Positions 19,453 through 29,346 of a DNA stretch of 64,000 bases are shown here, piece by piece. The stretch is from NCBI GenBank assembly GCA_029775855.1, contig JARVJZ010000003.1, forward strand, positions 64,001 through 128,000, read 5' to 3'. The position numbers were made by a program, and so were the translations under genes. Numbering within the stretch: the stretch's first letter is position 1; each line of letters opens with the position of its first letter. The DNA comes from Nitrososphaeria archaeon. GTDB lineage: Archaea; Thermoproteota; Nitrososphaeria; Nitrososphaerales; JAAOZN01. The notes under the pieces are model-generated. The model was given only the letters and a program-made list of their open reading frames with translations, made no database searches and was not told the DNA's origin.

Positions 19453-20766
19453 ATCTGAGAACCAATACCATCTAGAAGATATCTTACCATCCCACTTCGT
19501 TTTCTCTAACCCCCATCTTGTTATCGGCTTGGTTAAATGCCTATGCGCTCTTGGGGGTGGAATATACACACCTTCTTTTAAGTTTCGAGTAGCTTCGGCG
19601 AATTCGGTAGCTTTCTTTTTTGAACCACATCTTCTACATTTGAAGTATCCTTCTCTGCCTTTTGACTTCATGCGGATTCCACAAGATCCACAGAGCGGTT
19701 TAACTGGTTGTAAGATCTTCTTTAGTTTAATGATCTTTAGGTATTCAACATTTAAGACCTTTGGGTGTTTTGCTGTGGCTCTCCGCACCCCGCCAGCTAC
19801 TTCAACAAAGTCTCCTTCAACCAGCTGCTGGAAGAGTTTTCTGAATGGTCCTGTGGGCTCGTATACAGCACATTTTATCTTTGTGGAGTTTGTGGATATG
19901 TGTATGTAGAGGTGCCCTCCTTTACCTATCACCGCTCTGCTGGCTACTACACCTTGGATATATCCTGATTCATATGCTTTGAGAGCGTTTGGATTAAGTT
20001 TGGTTTGTAGGTGTTGGGCTGTTCCTTGATTAGTTCTGAATATCATCCACCTATCTACTGGTTGTTGTGGCTTTAGTATGCTTAGAGCCTTTAGGAGTGC
20101 TTCTGTCGATTCCCCTCTTATACCAAAGTAGACCGGGTCTGGGCCGTGGGGTGTTATTAGTATTCTTCTTGTTTCTGGGTCATAGTTGTTGAAGAGTAAG
20201 CCGTTTAGATGCTTGTCTAAGTCGTATACTGATTGGGGGTCTATCAGCCTAGGTTTTCCCCAGTATTCGCGTCTTCTATATGCTAGGAGCTCATATGTGT
20301 AGTCGCCTCTACTTAGATCGTTTCCTATGGCTGCTAGTGCACCTTTTAGACCAGAGCCTCTTCCCCATAGCTTCGTGTAGGTGCAGAGTTTTTTGCATAA
20401 TGCTCGTGCTTCAGACATTTTGACTACTGTATAAAGCGCTCTTTGAGCGTAGTCTCTTAGTTGTTCTAGGTTGTGGTCGAGGATGAGGGTTGCGGCTGAG
20501 TCGAGGTGTGTAGTTAAGTTTTCCTCAACAGCTCTGCAGACAGTTTCAAACACAGCTTTTGGCTCATCTGTTTCTAAGGTGAGGGCTACTGCTGCATTAC
20601 CACGCGTCTTCCAAGGTATGTTTGGATTCAACCTTATGATCTTAGGGTAATCTTTGAAGATAGCGAGTTTGCTGATTAGAAGCTGCCTTACGGCTTCGGT
20701 AGCGGTGTAGGTTGTGCAGCCGCCCATCTTTGAGTCTGTATCATCTATGCCTATATGCACGAGCAT
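19438..20766 (-). CDS. tiaS: tRNA(Ile2) agmatidine synthetase
   Basis: IGIDDTDS..GGCTTY, RLNPNIPWKTRGN, TPHGPDPV..GIRG, RTNQGT, YEPTG, Zn ribbon, HRHLTKP. Confidence 0.95.
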   Translation of the reverse strand: MLVHIGIDDTDSKMGGCTTYTATEAVRQLLISKLAIFKDYPKIIRLNPNIPWKTRGNAAVALTLETDEPKAVFETVCRAVEENLTTHLDSAATLILDHNLEQLRDYAQRALYTVVKMSEARALCKKLCTYTKLWGRGSGLKGALAAIGNDLSRGDYTYELLAYRRREYWGKPRLIDPQSVYDLDKHLNGLLFNNYDPETRRILITPHGPDPVYFGIRGESTEALLKALSILKPQQPVDRWMIFRTNQGTAQHLQTKLNPNALKAYESGYIQGVVASRAVIGKGGHLYIHISTNSTKIKCAVYEPTGPFRKLFQQLVEGDFVEVAGGVRRATAKHPKVLNVEYLKIIKLKKILQPVKPLCGSCGIRMKSKGREGYFKCRRCGSKKKATEFAEATRNLKEGVYIPPPRAHRHLTKPITRWGLEKTKWDGKISSRWYWFSDLRDL

Positions 20767-20826
20767 TTCAAACCAGCATAGGTTTAGATATAAAGGGTTG
20801 CTTTTAAGGTGCCTAAAAACTTTAGT

Positions 20827-22488
20827 CTACATTTGGCTTATTTCGTCTAAGAGTTCTATAAGAGACGAAGCTAGTTTTTGAAGGCTGCGTGTTTTATCTG
20901 CTACCGTCTTCTCAAAGACTTCACGCTTCAGTTTACCCGCCAGATAACTCTTATATGCTGATAAAAGGTCTAGAAGCGTACGCTCATACATCTTGTCGAG
21001 GGAGTTAAACTGTGCCAACTTCTGCTCGACTTTAGGATCGCTTGGAATCTTACTTCTTATCTGAGAGGCTTTGGAGGCGGTCTTTGCTCTAATCTCCTTA
21101 AGCTGCTGTGTGAATAGATCTATCTGCGTTGAATGTATTCGTTCAAGACGAGCTGTAGATAGTGTTTCAGCTATCTCTTCCTGCAGCTGAAGAGAGTTTT
21201 CATAAAGCCTTATCAACTCTAAGAATGGATGCGCTTCTGTTTCTCTTTTTCTGTGAGCGGTGTATGCTGATAGAGCCAAAAAGGAGGCGATAAATATTAA
21301 GGTCGCTACTGGGAAGACTTGAGCAGACGCCCAAGCAGAGCCTATGCGAATATATGCATCCATTTCTTCGCTGTTAAGCGGGCTGGCGTAGTTAAGGGCA
21401 AATGATGCTTTACCAGTAAGGAAGTAGCCTCTTGGAACCTCTATATTCAGATAATATTCTTTGACCAAAACATCCTTTAACAACGGAGTTGCTGGAATCT
21501 TTAAGAGTAAAGTGTTGTTTGAATCAACGGGCAAAGCTTTTAGAGGGTAGGCTACTGTGAAGGAAATACTATCGCCAGCATTAAGGTCACCTCTGATTAA
21601 TGAATAGAGGTCAAGTGAACCGCCTATGACTGAGAGCGTCTTCTGATCTCTTAGAGGTATCTCGTCTCTCATCAGAGATACGGAAGAGATTTGTTTATCT
21701 AAGGATATCTTTAAGCTGTAGAGTGCTCCGTTTCCCTCGTTCCTTATGTATATGCTATCATATACCATAACTTCGCTTGGCGAAACTATCTTTATGAGCC
21801 GATCTTGCCTATCAACTGTTAAAACGGTGAAGGCGTATGTTGACGCGTTAACCCTAAGTTTAGTTGTTAAAGGATTAGATGTAGGCTGCAAATCATCAAA
21901 CTCCCTATACAAGACATCACCTTTTGCACTCTGCTTCTGCTCGAACCCTTCGGGTTTTCTCCAAACCTTGACATCACTAGGTAAAGAAACCTGAACCATA
22001 ACATCATTTAATACGATGTTTGGCGTAGATGGTAGGGGTAGTGATACCTCATAACTTCCTTCACCAGTAGGCTTTACAACTCCTCCTAGTATCGCTCTTA
22101 GACTAATAGTAAGGTTTGAAGAAGAGGATATCGTTAAGTCTGCTGAGACAGTTAACGAACTTGCGTTTTCAAATCTATCTAACCTAACCCACTCTTTTTT
22201 GAGATGCTGATTTATCCGAAAGTCTATCGCTTGAGTCGGGTAAATAAGTGTAAATTGTGGTAAATGAGTAGCAGTAGTTGAGTTGTTAATGAAAGTGATG
22301 GTGTCGTTAAGCAGAAGGTATCCGTAGCCGCTAAGAATCATCTCACGATCCATCTTAACCAGAAGAGGATGCTCTAAAGCCAAGGCATCCACCTCTAAAT
22401 GTAGAATTGAGATACAGAAGAGCAGAGGAAGTAGCAAAAGGCATATCTTTCGAACCAACTTCGACACATACAGCATAGAAGCATACAT
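20827..22488 (-). CDS. type I membrane glycoprotein, ribophorin I-like architecture
   Basis: Signal peptide, two beta-rich repeats (VKMDREMIL..LLLNDTITFIN / VDRQDRLIKI..VMVYDSIYIRN), several N-x-S/T sequons, one TM near residue 390-410 and a helical C-terminal domain. Confidence 0.55.
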   Translation of the reverse strand: MYASMLYVSKLVRKICLLLLPLLFCISILHLEVDALALEHPLLVKMDREMILSGYGYLLLNDTITFINNSTTATHLPQFTLIYPTQAIDFRINQHLKKEWVRLDRFENASSLTVSADLTISSSSNLTISLRAILGGVVKPTGEGSYEVSLPLPSTPNIVLNDVMVQVSLPSDVKVWRKPEGFEQKQSAKGDVLYREFDDLQPTSNPLTTKLRVNASTYAFTVLTVDRQDRLIKIVSPSEVMVYDSIYIRNEGNGALYSLKISLDKQISSVSLMRDEIPLRDQKTLSVIGGSLDLYSLIRGDLNAGDSISFTVAYPLKALPVDSNNTLLLKIPATPLLKDVLVKEYYLNIEVPRGYFLTGKASFALNYASPLNSEEMDAYIRIGSAWASAQVFPVATLIFIASFLALSAYTAHRKRETEAHPFLELIRLYENSLQLQEEIAETLSTARLERIHSTQIDLFTQQLKEIRAKTASKASQIRSKIPSDPKVEQKLAQFNSLDKMYERTLLDLLSAYKSYLAGKLKREVFEKTVADKTRSLQKLASSLIELLDEISQM

Positions 22489-22517
22489 TTTTAACCCTTT
22501 ATCTACCCCGGTCTATT

Positions 22518-23912
22518 TTGCTAGTCTTGAACCTGAGCAAACCCTACCAACCCAATTCAGCACCAAATGTTACCACACGCATGCTAAGAGCACTTGGGTT
22601 AAACACAATAGAAGAACTCTACAACGACATCCCTGATGATGCAAAATTAAATAGACCACTTAACATACCAGAAGGCAAAACAGAAGGAGAGGTTGAAAGA
22701 CTCATCGAAGAAACATTAAGGCAAGATTTAGCCCCCGAACCACACCAATGTTTCTTAGGCGGCGGAATATGGACACACTATGTTCCAGCTCTAGTCGATG
22801 AAGTTATCTCAAGGTCTGAATTCTACACAGCCTACACACCATACCAAGCTGAAGCAAGCCAAGGCATGTTGCAAGCTCTATACGAATACCAGAGTCTCAT
22901 CTGCGACTTAACTGGGATGGAGATAGCTAACAGCTCTATGTATGACTGGGCTTCTGCAGCCGGAGAAGCGGGAAGGATGGCAGTTCGAATAACCAGAAGA
23001 AGAAAGATTGTAGCGCTAAGAAACTGCGGGCCACAGAGGCTTGATACACTAAAGACATACTGCGACGCAGCAGGTGTAGATGTAGTGGTTGTTGACTATG
23101 AGCATAAGAAGGGTTGTATAGATTACTCCACTCTTAAAGAGAAGGTAGATGATGAAACTGCGGCTATATATTTTGAGAACCCTAACTACTTTGGGGTCTT
23201 TGAGGAACAAGCAGAAGAAATCTGTAAGCTAGCTCACCTAAAAGGTGCATTAGCGATAGTGGGGTTAGACCCCACCTCGCTAAGCGTTGTCAAACCCCCA
23301 GCAGAGTATGGTGCAGATATAGTCGTAGGCGAGGGGCAGCCGCTTGGATTATACCCCAATTACGGCGGTCCTCTGATCGGAATCTTCGCAGCAAGAGGCG
23401 GTCAGAAGGTGTTCAGACAGATGCCTGGGCGTATTATCGGCGAGACTCTCTCTAAGAATGGGGAGAGAAGGTGCTACACAATGGTTATGCAGACTCGTGA
23501 ACAGCATATAAGGAGAGAAGAGGCTACATCTAACATATGCACCAACGAAGCTTTATGTGCTGTTGCAGCATCGGTATACCTTGCTATGCTTGGTAGCAGT
23601 GGTCTAATGGAACTGGGTAGAAGGATAATGGAAAGCTCACACTACGCTGCTAAAAAGTTAGGTGAGATAAAGAATGTGGAGTCACCTCGATTTACCCCCT
23701 TTTTTAAAGACTTTGTCGTAAGATTCTTACAAGCTGATCCAGAGAAAATCTATCGAAATCTACCCAAGTATGGGTTGGTTGGGTCACAACCGCTAGGTAA
23801 AGACTTCCCAGAGTTAAGTGATTCAGCTCTATTCTCAGCAACAGAAGTCCATCTAAAGAAAGACATAGACTTTCTTATCCACTCTGTTAGCAAGGAGGTC
23901 GAGGATAAATGA
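22518..23912 (+). CDS. gcvPA: glycine dehydrogenase (decarboxylating) subunit 1
   Basis: FLGGG, SEFYTAYTPYQAEASQGMLQ, NSSMYD, QTREQHIRREEATSNICTN. Confidence 0.95.
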   Translation: MLVLNLSKPYQPNSAPNVTTRMLRALGLNTIEELYNDIPDDAKLNRPLNIPEGKTEGEVERLIEETLRQDLAPEPHQCFLGGGIWTHYVPALVDEVISRSEFYTAYTPYQAEASQGMLQALYEYQSLICDLTGMEIANSSMYDWASAAGEAGRMAVRITRRRKIVALRNCGPQRLDTLKTYCDAAGVDVVVVDYEHKKGCIDYSTLKEKVDDETAAIYFENPNYFGVFEEQAEEICKLAHLKGALAIVGLDPTSLSVVKPPAEYGADIVVGEGQPLGLYPNYGGPLIGIFAARGGQKVFRQMPGRIIGETLSKNGERRCYTMVMQTREQHIRREEATSNICTNEALCAVAASVYLAMLGSSGLMELGRRIMESSHYAAKKLGEIKNVESPRFTPFFKDFVVRFLQADPEKIYRNLPKYGLVGSQPLGKDFPELSDSALFSATEVHLKKDIDFLIHSVSKEVEDK

Positions 23913-25378
23913 AGTATAGGCAGGCTAGATGGGATGAACCTCTACTAATCGAGTTAAGCGGTGAAGGCAGATGCGGACTAACACTACCCTTTGACCCCGA
24001 GTTGAGTAGAGAGGTTGGAGATGTGTTAGAGACCATACCCAAGAACCTGAGGCGAGCAGACATTAGGCTCCCTCAAGTAGCCCAACCTCAGATCACAAGA
24101 CACTATATTAGGCTGTCTCAGATGAACTATTCTGTAGACTCAGGCACATATCCACTCGGCAGCTGCACCATGAAACACAATCCAAAGATAATTCAGAGAA
24201 TATTAGCGAACACGAAAGTTAGGAAGATACACCCAGAGCAACCAGATGAATATACACAAGGTTTAATGAAGATTTTATTTGAATTGGGCACGATGCTCGC
24301 TGAAATAGTAGGGTTGCCAAAATTCTCTCTACAGCCAGCAGCTGGAGCGCAAGGAGAATTCACTGGAGTGCTGATGATAAGAGCGTGGCTAAAAGACCGA
24401 GGTCAACTAAACACTAGAAACGAGATTCTGATACCAGATACCGCACACGGAACCAACCCAGCTAGCGCAGCTATGGCTGGATTCAAGGTGATTGAGATAC
24501 CCTCCACAGAAGATGGGCTTGTCGATGTTGAGGCTATAAAAGCAGTAGCAGGGCGATCTACCGCTGGAATGATGATGACCGTCCCAAACACATTAGGATT
24601 ATTCGAGAAGCACATAAAAGAAGTCATTAACATAATCCACGAAGTAGGCGGTTTAATGTATTATGACGGTGCAAACCTAAACGCATTAATAGGAAGAGTC
24701 AGACCAGGAGACATAGGGTTTGATATCGCACACCTAAATCTACATAAAACCTTCGGCACACCACACGGAGGTGGAGGGCCAGGAGCAGGTCCAGTCTTCT
24801 CAACCGAGGAACTTGGGGAATATCTTCCTAAGCCTACTCTTGAGTTTGATGGACAGAGGTATAGGTGGTGCTATGATAGACCTAAGTCTGTAGGTAGGGT
24901 TAGAAGCTACTTTGGGAACATAAGTGTGCTCTTAGGTGCATACATCTACTGCCTATTAATGGGTAGAGATGGGTTAAAAGATGCTTCAGCACTCGCTACA
25001 CTCGCAGCAAATTACTTGATGAGTAAACTTGATAGAAGATACTTTGACCTACACTACTTTCTTAATATTCGATGTAAACATGAGTTTGTTGCATCAGCTA
25101 AAGTTTCTGCTCTTGAAGTCGCTAAACTGATGCTCGACTACGGGGTGCATCCACCTACCATCTACTTCCCTATAACGGTGCCTGAGGCGATGATGATTGA
25201 ACCGACAGAATCAGAGAGCGTAGAAGAACTGGATAACTACGCTGAGGTGCTTAACAAAGCTGCTGAAGTTGCTTCCAAAGACCCTAAAGCGGCTGCTGAG
25301 GCGCCTCATAACACAGCAACACCAAGGGTTGATGAAGTTAGAGCCTCCCATCCTCGCACATTAAAAGTTAGATGGTGA
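23909..25378 (+). CDS. gcvPB: glycine dehydrogenase (decarboxylating) subunit 2
   Basis: YPLGSCTMK, QPAAGAQGE, AHGTNPASA, PLP lysine in NLHKTFGTPHGGGGPG, MIEPTESE. Confidence 0.95.
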   Translation: MKYRQARWDEPLLIELSGEGRCGLTLPFDPELSREVGDVLETIPKNLRRADIRLPQVAQPQITRHYIRLSQMNYSVDSGTYPLGSCTMKHNPKIIQRILANTKVRKIHPEQPDEYTQGLMKILFELGTMLAEIVGLPKFSLQPAAGAQGEFTGVLMIRAWLKDRGQLNTRNEILIPDTAHGTNPASAAMAGFKVIEIPSTEDGLVDVEAIKAVAGRSTAGMMMTVPNTLGLFEKHIKEVINIIHEVGGLMYYDGANLNALIGRVRPGDIGFDIAHLNLHKTFGTPHGGGGPGAGPVFSTEELGEYLPKPTLEFDGQRYRWCYDRPKSVGRVRSYFGNISVLLGAYIYCLLMGRDGLKDASALATLAANYLMSKLDRRYFDLHYFLNIRCKHEFVASAKVSALEVAKLMLDYGVHPPTIYFPITVPEAMMIEPTESESVEELDNYAEVLNKAAEVASKDPKAAAEAPHNTATPRVDEVRASHPRTLKVRW

Positions 25379-25415
25379 AGTTAGAGTTAAATAAAGTTAT
25401 GTGCGGTGACTTGGC

Positions 25416-25706
25416 GTGGATACACTCATCAAAGACTTGGCTGAGCGTATTCAGAAGGTTAAAGACCCCGAGACAGAACGCCTTCTGTCCGAATCAAATA
25501 TAATTTTAGAAATAGTGCGTGTAGACGATGGAACAATACGAATTGTTTACTCGCCCACATCACCAGCAAGCCCAGTTGCCGTGGATCTGGGAAGAAGGAT
25601 ACTGAAGGCTGCATCGGATGCTGTGCCGAGTTTCAAAGTGCAAGTAGTCTGCAGAGGTCATCTGTTAGATGATCTAGTAAACAGACTTCTAAACCAAAGC
25701 CCTTAA
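25416..25706 (+). CDS. DUF59/MIP18-like Fe-S assembly domain protein (divergent)
   Basis: LxxVKDPE start motif and SPTSPASPVA in place of TxPxCP. Confidence 0.6.
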   Translation: MDTLIKDLAERIQKVKDPETERLLSESNIILEIVRVDDGTIRIVYSPTSPASPVAVDLGRRILKAASDAVPSFKVQVVCRGHLLDDLVNRLLNQSP

Positions 25707-25742
25707 GCTAAATCTTTTATTGCAGCGAATACAAGCTTAGCT

Positions 25743-26051
25743 ATGATGAACAACGAACAGAAGATCACGGTATCAACAAAATACTTCGCGGCTCTTAGAG
25801 AGATTACTGGAAAGAAGGAAGAAGCCTTTAACTTCGAAGGAGAAGTTGACGGGAAGAAGTTTCTGGATACACTAATCTTACATTACGGGCAAGCGCTTAA
25901 AGAATTCCTACTAGACCAAAAAGGCACCTTAAGAGACGGCCTAGTTATGCTTGTTAACGGAAACGCGGTAGACGCATCTGACCTATCCTCTTTAAAGCTG
26001 AAAGATGGCGACCTAGTTGTAATCTTACCACCCATAGGCGGCGGGTTGTGA
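25743..26051 (+). CDS. ubiquitin-like SAMP/MoaD/ThiS sulfur-carrier protein
   Basis: KYFAALREITG, MLVNG, LKDGDLVVILPPIGGG(L). Confidence 0.9.
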   Translation: MMNNEQKITVSTKYFAALREITGKKEEAFNFEGEVDGKKFLDTLILHYGQALKEFLLDQKGTLRDGLVMLVNGNAVDASDLSSLKLKDGDLVVILPPIGGGL

Positions 26052-27340
26052 ACCTACAAAAGATTGAAGCCAAAGTTTACATAGAGGCTTACGGCTGTAG
26101 CGCAAACCTCGCTGACGCCGAGATTATAGCTGGGCTTCTGAAGAACTCAGGCTTCACAATAGAAAAAACACCCTCAGAAGCGGAGCTAAACATTATAGTA
26201 TCTTGCACCGTAAAAGATGCAACATACCAAAGAATGGTTACAAGAGTGAAGAATCTTACCTCTCTGGGAAAACCTATGATAGTAGCTGGATGTATGCCTA
26301 AAACATCTAAAGACGCCATACTTAAACTCAATCCAAGAGCATCACTCATCGGCCCTAACTCAGTAGATAAGATAGTAGCAGTCGCTAAAAGAACACTTAG
26401 CGGGGAAAGAGTTGAAGAGTTAAATGGAACATATACCAAGCTTCTACAACCCAGAGTATTTAGAAACCCAGTCGTCGGTATTGTTCAGATCGCTTCAGGC
26501 TGCCTCTCTGCTTGTTCATTCTGCCAAGTTAAGATTGCTAGAGGCGGGCTTAGAAGCTTTGATGAGCATCTGATCTTAGATGAAATTCGTAGGTTTCTTA
26601 GATGCGGTTGCAGAGAAATTTGGCTTACATCCCAAGACAATGGTTGCTACGGTATGGATAGGGGGGGTTCTCTTGCTGATCTGCTAGATAAAGTCTCTAA
26701 GATTGAGGGGGACTTCAGAGTTAGGGTTGGTATGATGAACCCCACATATATAGTTAGAGATATAGGTAGGATAGTCGATGTGCTTAAAGATGTTAAGTTC
26801 TTTAAATTTCTACATATACCCGTTCAAAGCGGATGTAATGATGTTTTAGCCGATATGAAGCGAGAATACACCCGCGAAGACTTTCTAGAAATAGCTAAAA
26901 AGGCTAGACAAAAGATACCCACACTCACTTTAAGCACAGACATAATTGTAGGATACCCAACCGAAGAGGAAGAATGTTTTAGAAACACAATCTCCCTCCT
27001 CGAAGAAGTAAAGCCAGATGTAGTTAACATTTCACGCTTCAGCCCTAGACCAGGCACAAAGGCTGCTCTACTACCACAGCATCCCTACGAGGTTGTTAAG
27101 CGGCGTTCAACCATCCTACACCGCATAGTGAAAGCGATCTGCTTAGAGAGGAATAGAATCTGGCTTGGATGGAGAGGGGAGTCTCTTGTAGACGAGAAAG
27201 TTAAGGGCGCTAGGATCGCTAGGAATCCATCTTATAAGCCGATTTTAATCAGCGATGACGCTGAGTTAGGTTCTTATTTAGAGGTTGAGGTGAACGGCGC
27301 TTCTGCAGCATGTCTTCGAGGTGTGGTGTGTCAAGAATAG
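26048..27340 (+). CDS. mtaB: tRNA t6A37 methylthiotransferase (MtaB/e-MtaB-like)
   Basis: YGCSAN, SCTVK, AGCMP, CLSACSFC, RVGMMNP, HIPVQSG, FSPRPGT, C-terminal TRAM-like domain. Confidence 0.88.
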   Translation: MNLQKIEAKVYIEAYGCSANLADAEIIAGLLKNSGFTIEKTPSEAELNIIVSCTVKDATYQRMVTRVKNLTSLGKPMIVAGCMPKTSKDAILKLNPRASLIGPNSVDKIVAVAKRTLSGERVEELNGTYTKLLQPRVFRNPVVGIVQIASGCLSACSFCQVKIARGGLRSFDEHLILDEIRRFLRCGCREIWLTSQDNGCYGMDRGGSLADLLDKVSKIEGDFRVRVGMMNPTYIVRDIGRIVDVLKDVKFFKFLHIPVQSGCNDVLADMKREYTREDFLEIAKKARQKIPTLTLSTDIIVGYPTEEEECFRNTISLLEEVKPDVVNISRFSPRPGTKAALLPQHPYEVVKRRSTILHRIVKAICLERNRIWLGWRGESLVDEKVKGARIARNPSYKPILISDDAELGSYLEVEVNGASAACLRGVVCQE

Positions 27341-27412
27341 GTGACAAGTAGTCTAAACCTCTTAAGAAGTAGACGATTAAAGGTATACTGAGTAATACCT
27401 TGCGAGCAAGAA

Positions 27413-28474
27413 TTGGTTAGAGAATATACTCTAACCCTAAAACACTATATTACAGAAGATAACTCTAATAAGATAATCGGGGTTGGTGTAGGAAGCGCCG
27501 GTTGCAAAATAGCTTCAAAGATCAGCAGCTTCAAGACAGGAATAAACCGCTTCTATTACATTAGCTGCGATGAAAACGATTTAATAGGCTTGAACAACGG
27601 AGAAACCCTTTACATACCTCCGCTTACCTCAACTAAAAGAGAGCCTTCTTTGGCAAGAGGAGCTGGGATGAGACACAGAGACAAGATAAGCAGAATACTT
27701 AGAGATTCAAAGGTCACACTGATTATAACGGGCTTAGGAGGTGCGGTAGGCTCTGGCTTAGCACCTCTCATAGCTGAATTGGCTAAAGAGCAGAACTCAT
27801 TAGTTTTGGGAGTGGCTGTAATGCCATCTAGCTACGAGCATAGCAAACTCTTCTACTCCTCAGTTGCCCTACGCCATTTCCGCAGCTCCTGCGACTATAC
27901 TATAGTTATTGATAAAGACGACTTTACACAAAGCATGAGTGATAGACCTATAATCGAAGTATATGAAGAAATAAGCGAGCGCATATCTTTCGCATTATCT
28001 AGGGTGCTCGGTGCCTTCGAGAAAGAAGATTACTACATAAGTCTGAGTAAGTTTATTACAACTTCTATTAAAGATAGGTTCACACTACTAACTGTAAGCA
28101 ATAGATCAAATATGATGGATGCTGTTAGCGAGGCTGTAGCCTCTATATATAGGAAAGCTAATCCAGCTGAAACTGAGTCCGCCCTTCTATATCTATGCGG
28201 CTCAAAGGATCTTTTGGCTGGTGAAGTGGAGGATTCTGTAAGACATCTATCTACACTGCTTGGAAACGGCTCGGTTAAAGTTGAATACGGCTTCAGCACA
28301 AACGGCTACACAAAAATCACATCCATAGTATTGGCATCTGGCTTTAAAACATTAAAACACGCCAAATACGATGTATTAGAAAACATTTTTGACGCTGAGC
28401 GAAAGATCGATGCTGCGCCAGAATGTGCAGTAGACCTAGATTTAAGCAAGATAACCCAAATGGAACACTTCTAA
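27413..28474 (+). CDS. ftsZ: divergent FtsZ/tubulin-superfamily protein
   Basis: GVGVGSAG, tubulin-like signature GLGGAVGSG, MPSSYE; T7 loop degenerate. Confidence 0.7.
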   Translation: MVREYTLTLKHYITEDNSNKIIGVGVGSAGCKIASKISSFKTGINRFYYISCDENDLIGLNNGETLYIPPLTSTKREPSLARGAGMRHRDKISRILRDSKVTLIITGLGGAVGSGLAPLIAELAKEQNSLVLGVAVMPSSYEHSKLFYSSVALRHFRSSCDYTIVIDKDDFTQSMSDRPIIEVYEEISERISFALSRVLGAFEKEDYYISLSKFITTSIKDRFTLLTVSNRSNMMDAVSEAVASIYRKANPAETESALLYLCGSKDLLAGEVEDSVRHLSTLLGNGSVKVEYGFSTNGYTKITSIVLASGFKTLKHAKYDVLENIFDAERKIDAAPECAVDLDLSKITQMEHF

Positions 28475-28507
28475 AACCGATACACACACTAATACTGGAT
28501 AAAAGCA

Positions 28508-29068
28508 ATGACCTTATTTTCCAACCTAACTACTTCAACATGTGATAATATGAAGAAGAATGGCAAAAATCTTGAAGATGTAGATGCTTGGGGCTGCTTC
28601 AAAAGGTGGATTAAAGAAAACCTTTGTGAACCAGATGACTATGATAAGATAGATTGGGAGGCATTAGTTGACCGCTCCCTAAGCTTCGAGGAAGCAGCAG
28701 ATGAAATAAGAAGACTACTACCATCAATATGGCTCGATAAAGAGCAAGGTGAGAAGAAGATTAAGAAGATCGTCTTCATCAAACCCCTAATAGAGAAGAT
28801 CAAGAACGGTGAAGTTCAAGCAACCTATCGGAACAAACCTAAAACTGGCTTACACTACGTGGTTTCAAACAGATTCAAAGACGAGGAGCCGAAGATCTTT
28901 ATAGAGTTTTACAGAAGCGAAGAGGTTGATGTAAACAAGTTAACCGATGAAGAGGCGCAGCTAGCTGGTGTGGAGACCGCCAAGAAGCTCAAAGCTCTAC
29001 TAGCTAAGTGGTATGGGAAGGACGCTAAGATCTACAGAAACTGGTTCAGAGTTAGGCATGTAGATTAA
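28508..29068 (+). CDS. ASCH (PUA-like) domain protein with an N-terminal extension
   Basis: F.KPLIEKIKNGEVQATYR, LTDEEAQLAG, C-terminal Y.NWF ASCH pattern. Confidence 0.7.
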   Translation: MTLFSNLTTSTCDNMKKNGKNLEDVDAWGCFKRWIKENLCEPDDYDKIDWEALVDRSLSFEEAADEIRRLLPSIWLDKEQGEKKIKKIVFIKPLIEKIKNGEVQATYRNKPKTGLHYVVSNRFKDEEPKIFIEFYRSEEVDVNKLTDEEAQLAGVETAKKLKALLAKWYGKDAKIYRNWFRVRHVD

Positions 29069-29346
29069 TCTTCAGTGGGTAGAGAAACGGTAACTACGCC
29101 CTCTTTATCCTTAACCATCTTGACTACAAGTTTACGGGGTGGAGACTCTATTCCCCTCATCCATAGGAGGTGGTTTATCGATTCATCTACCTTAACTTCA
29201 CTTGTTTTCATATGCTTCCGTGCGAATTCTTTAATCAGGTTAACCGCCCTAACTGTTCTTCTCCACCTGGGTGTGATTAATACCTTCCTTAAGTTTATAG
29301 TGTATATCCTCTCCATTTCAACATCTTCTGCGCTCATAGTAACCAC
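29065..29346 (-). CDS. rpl31e: 50S ribosomal protein L31e
   Basis: ERIYTINL, RAV..IKEFARKHMK, LWMRGIESPPRKL. Confidence 0.96.
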   Translation of the reverse strand: MVTMSAEDVEMERIYTINLRKVLITPRWRRTVRAVNLIKEFARKHMKTSEVKVDESINHLLWMRGIESPPRKLVVKMVKDKEGVVTVSLPTED

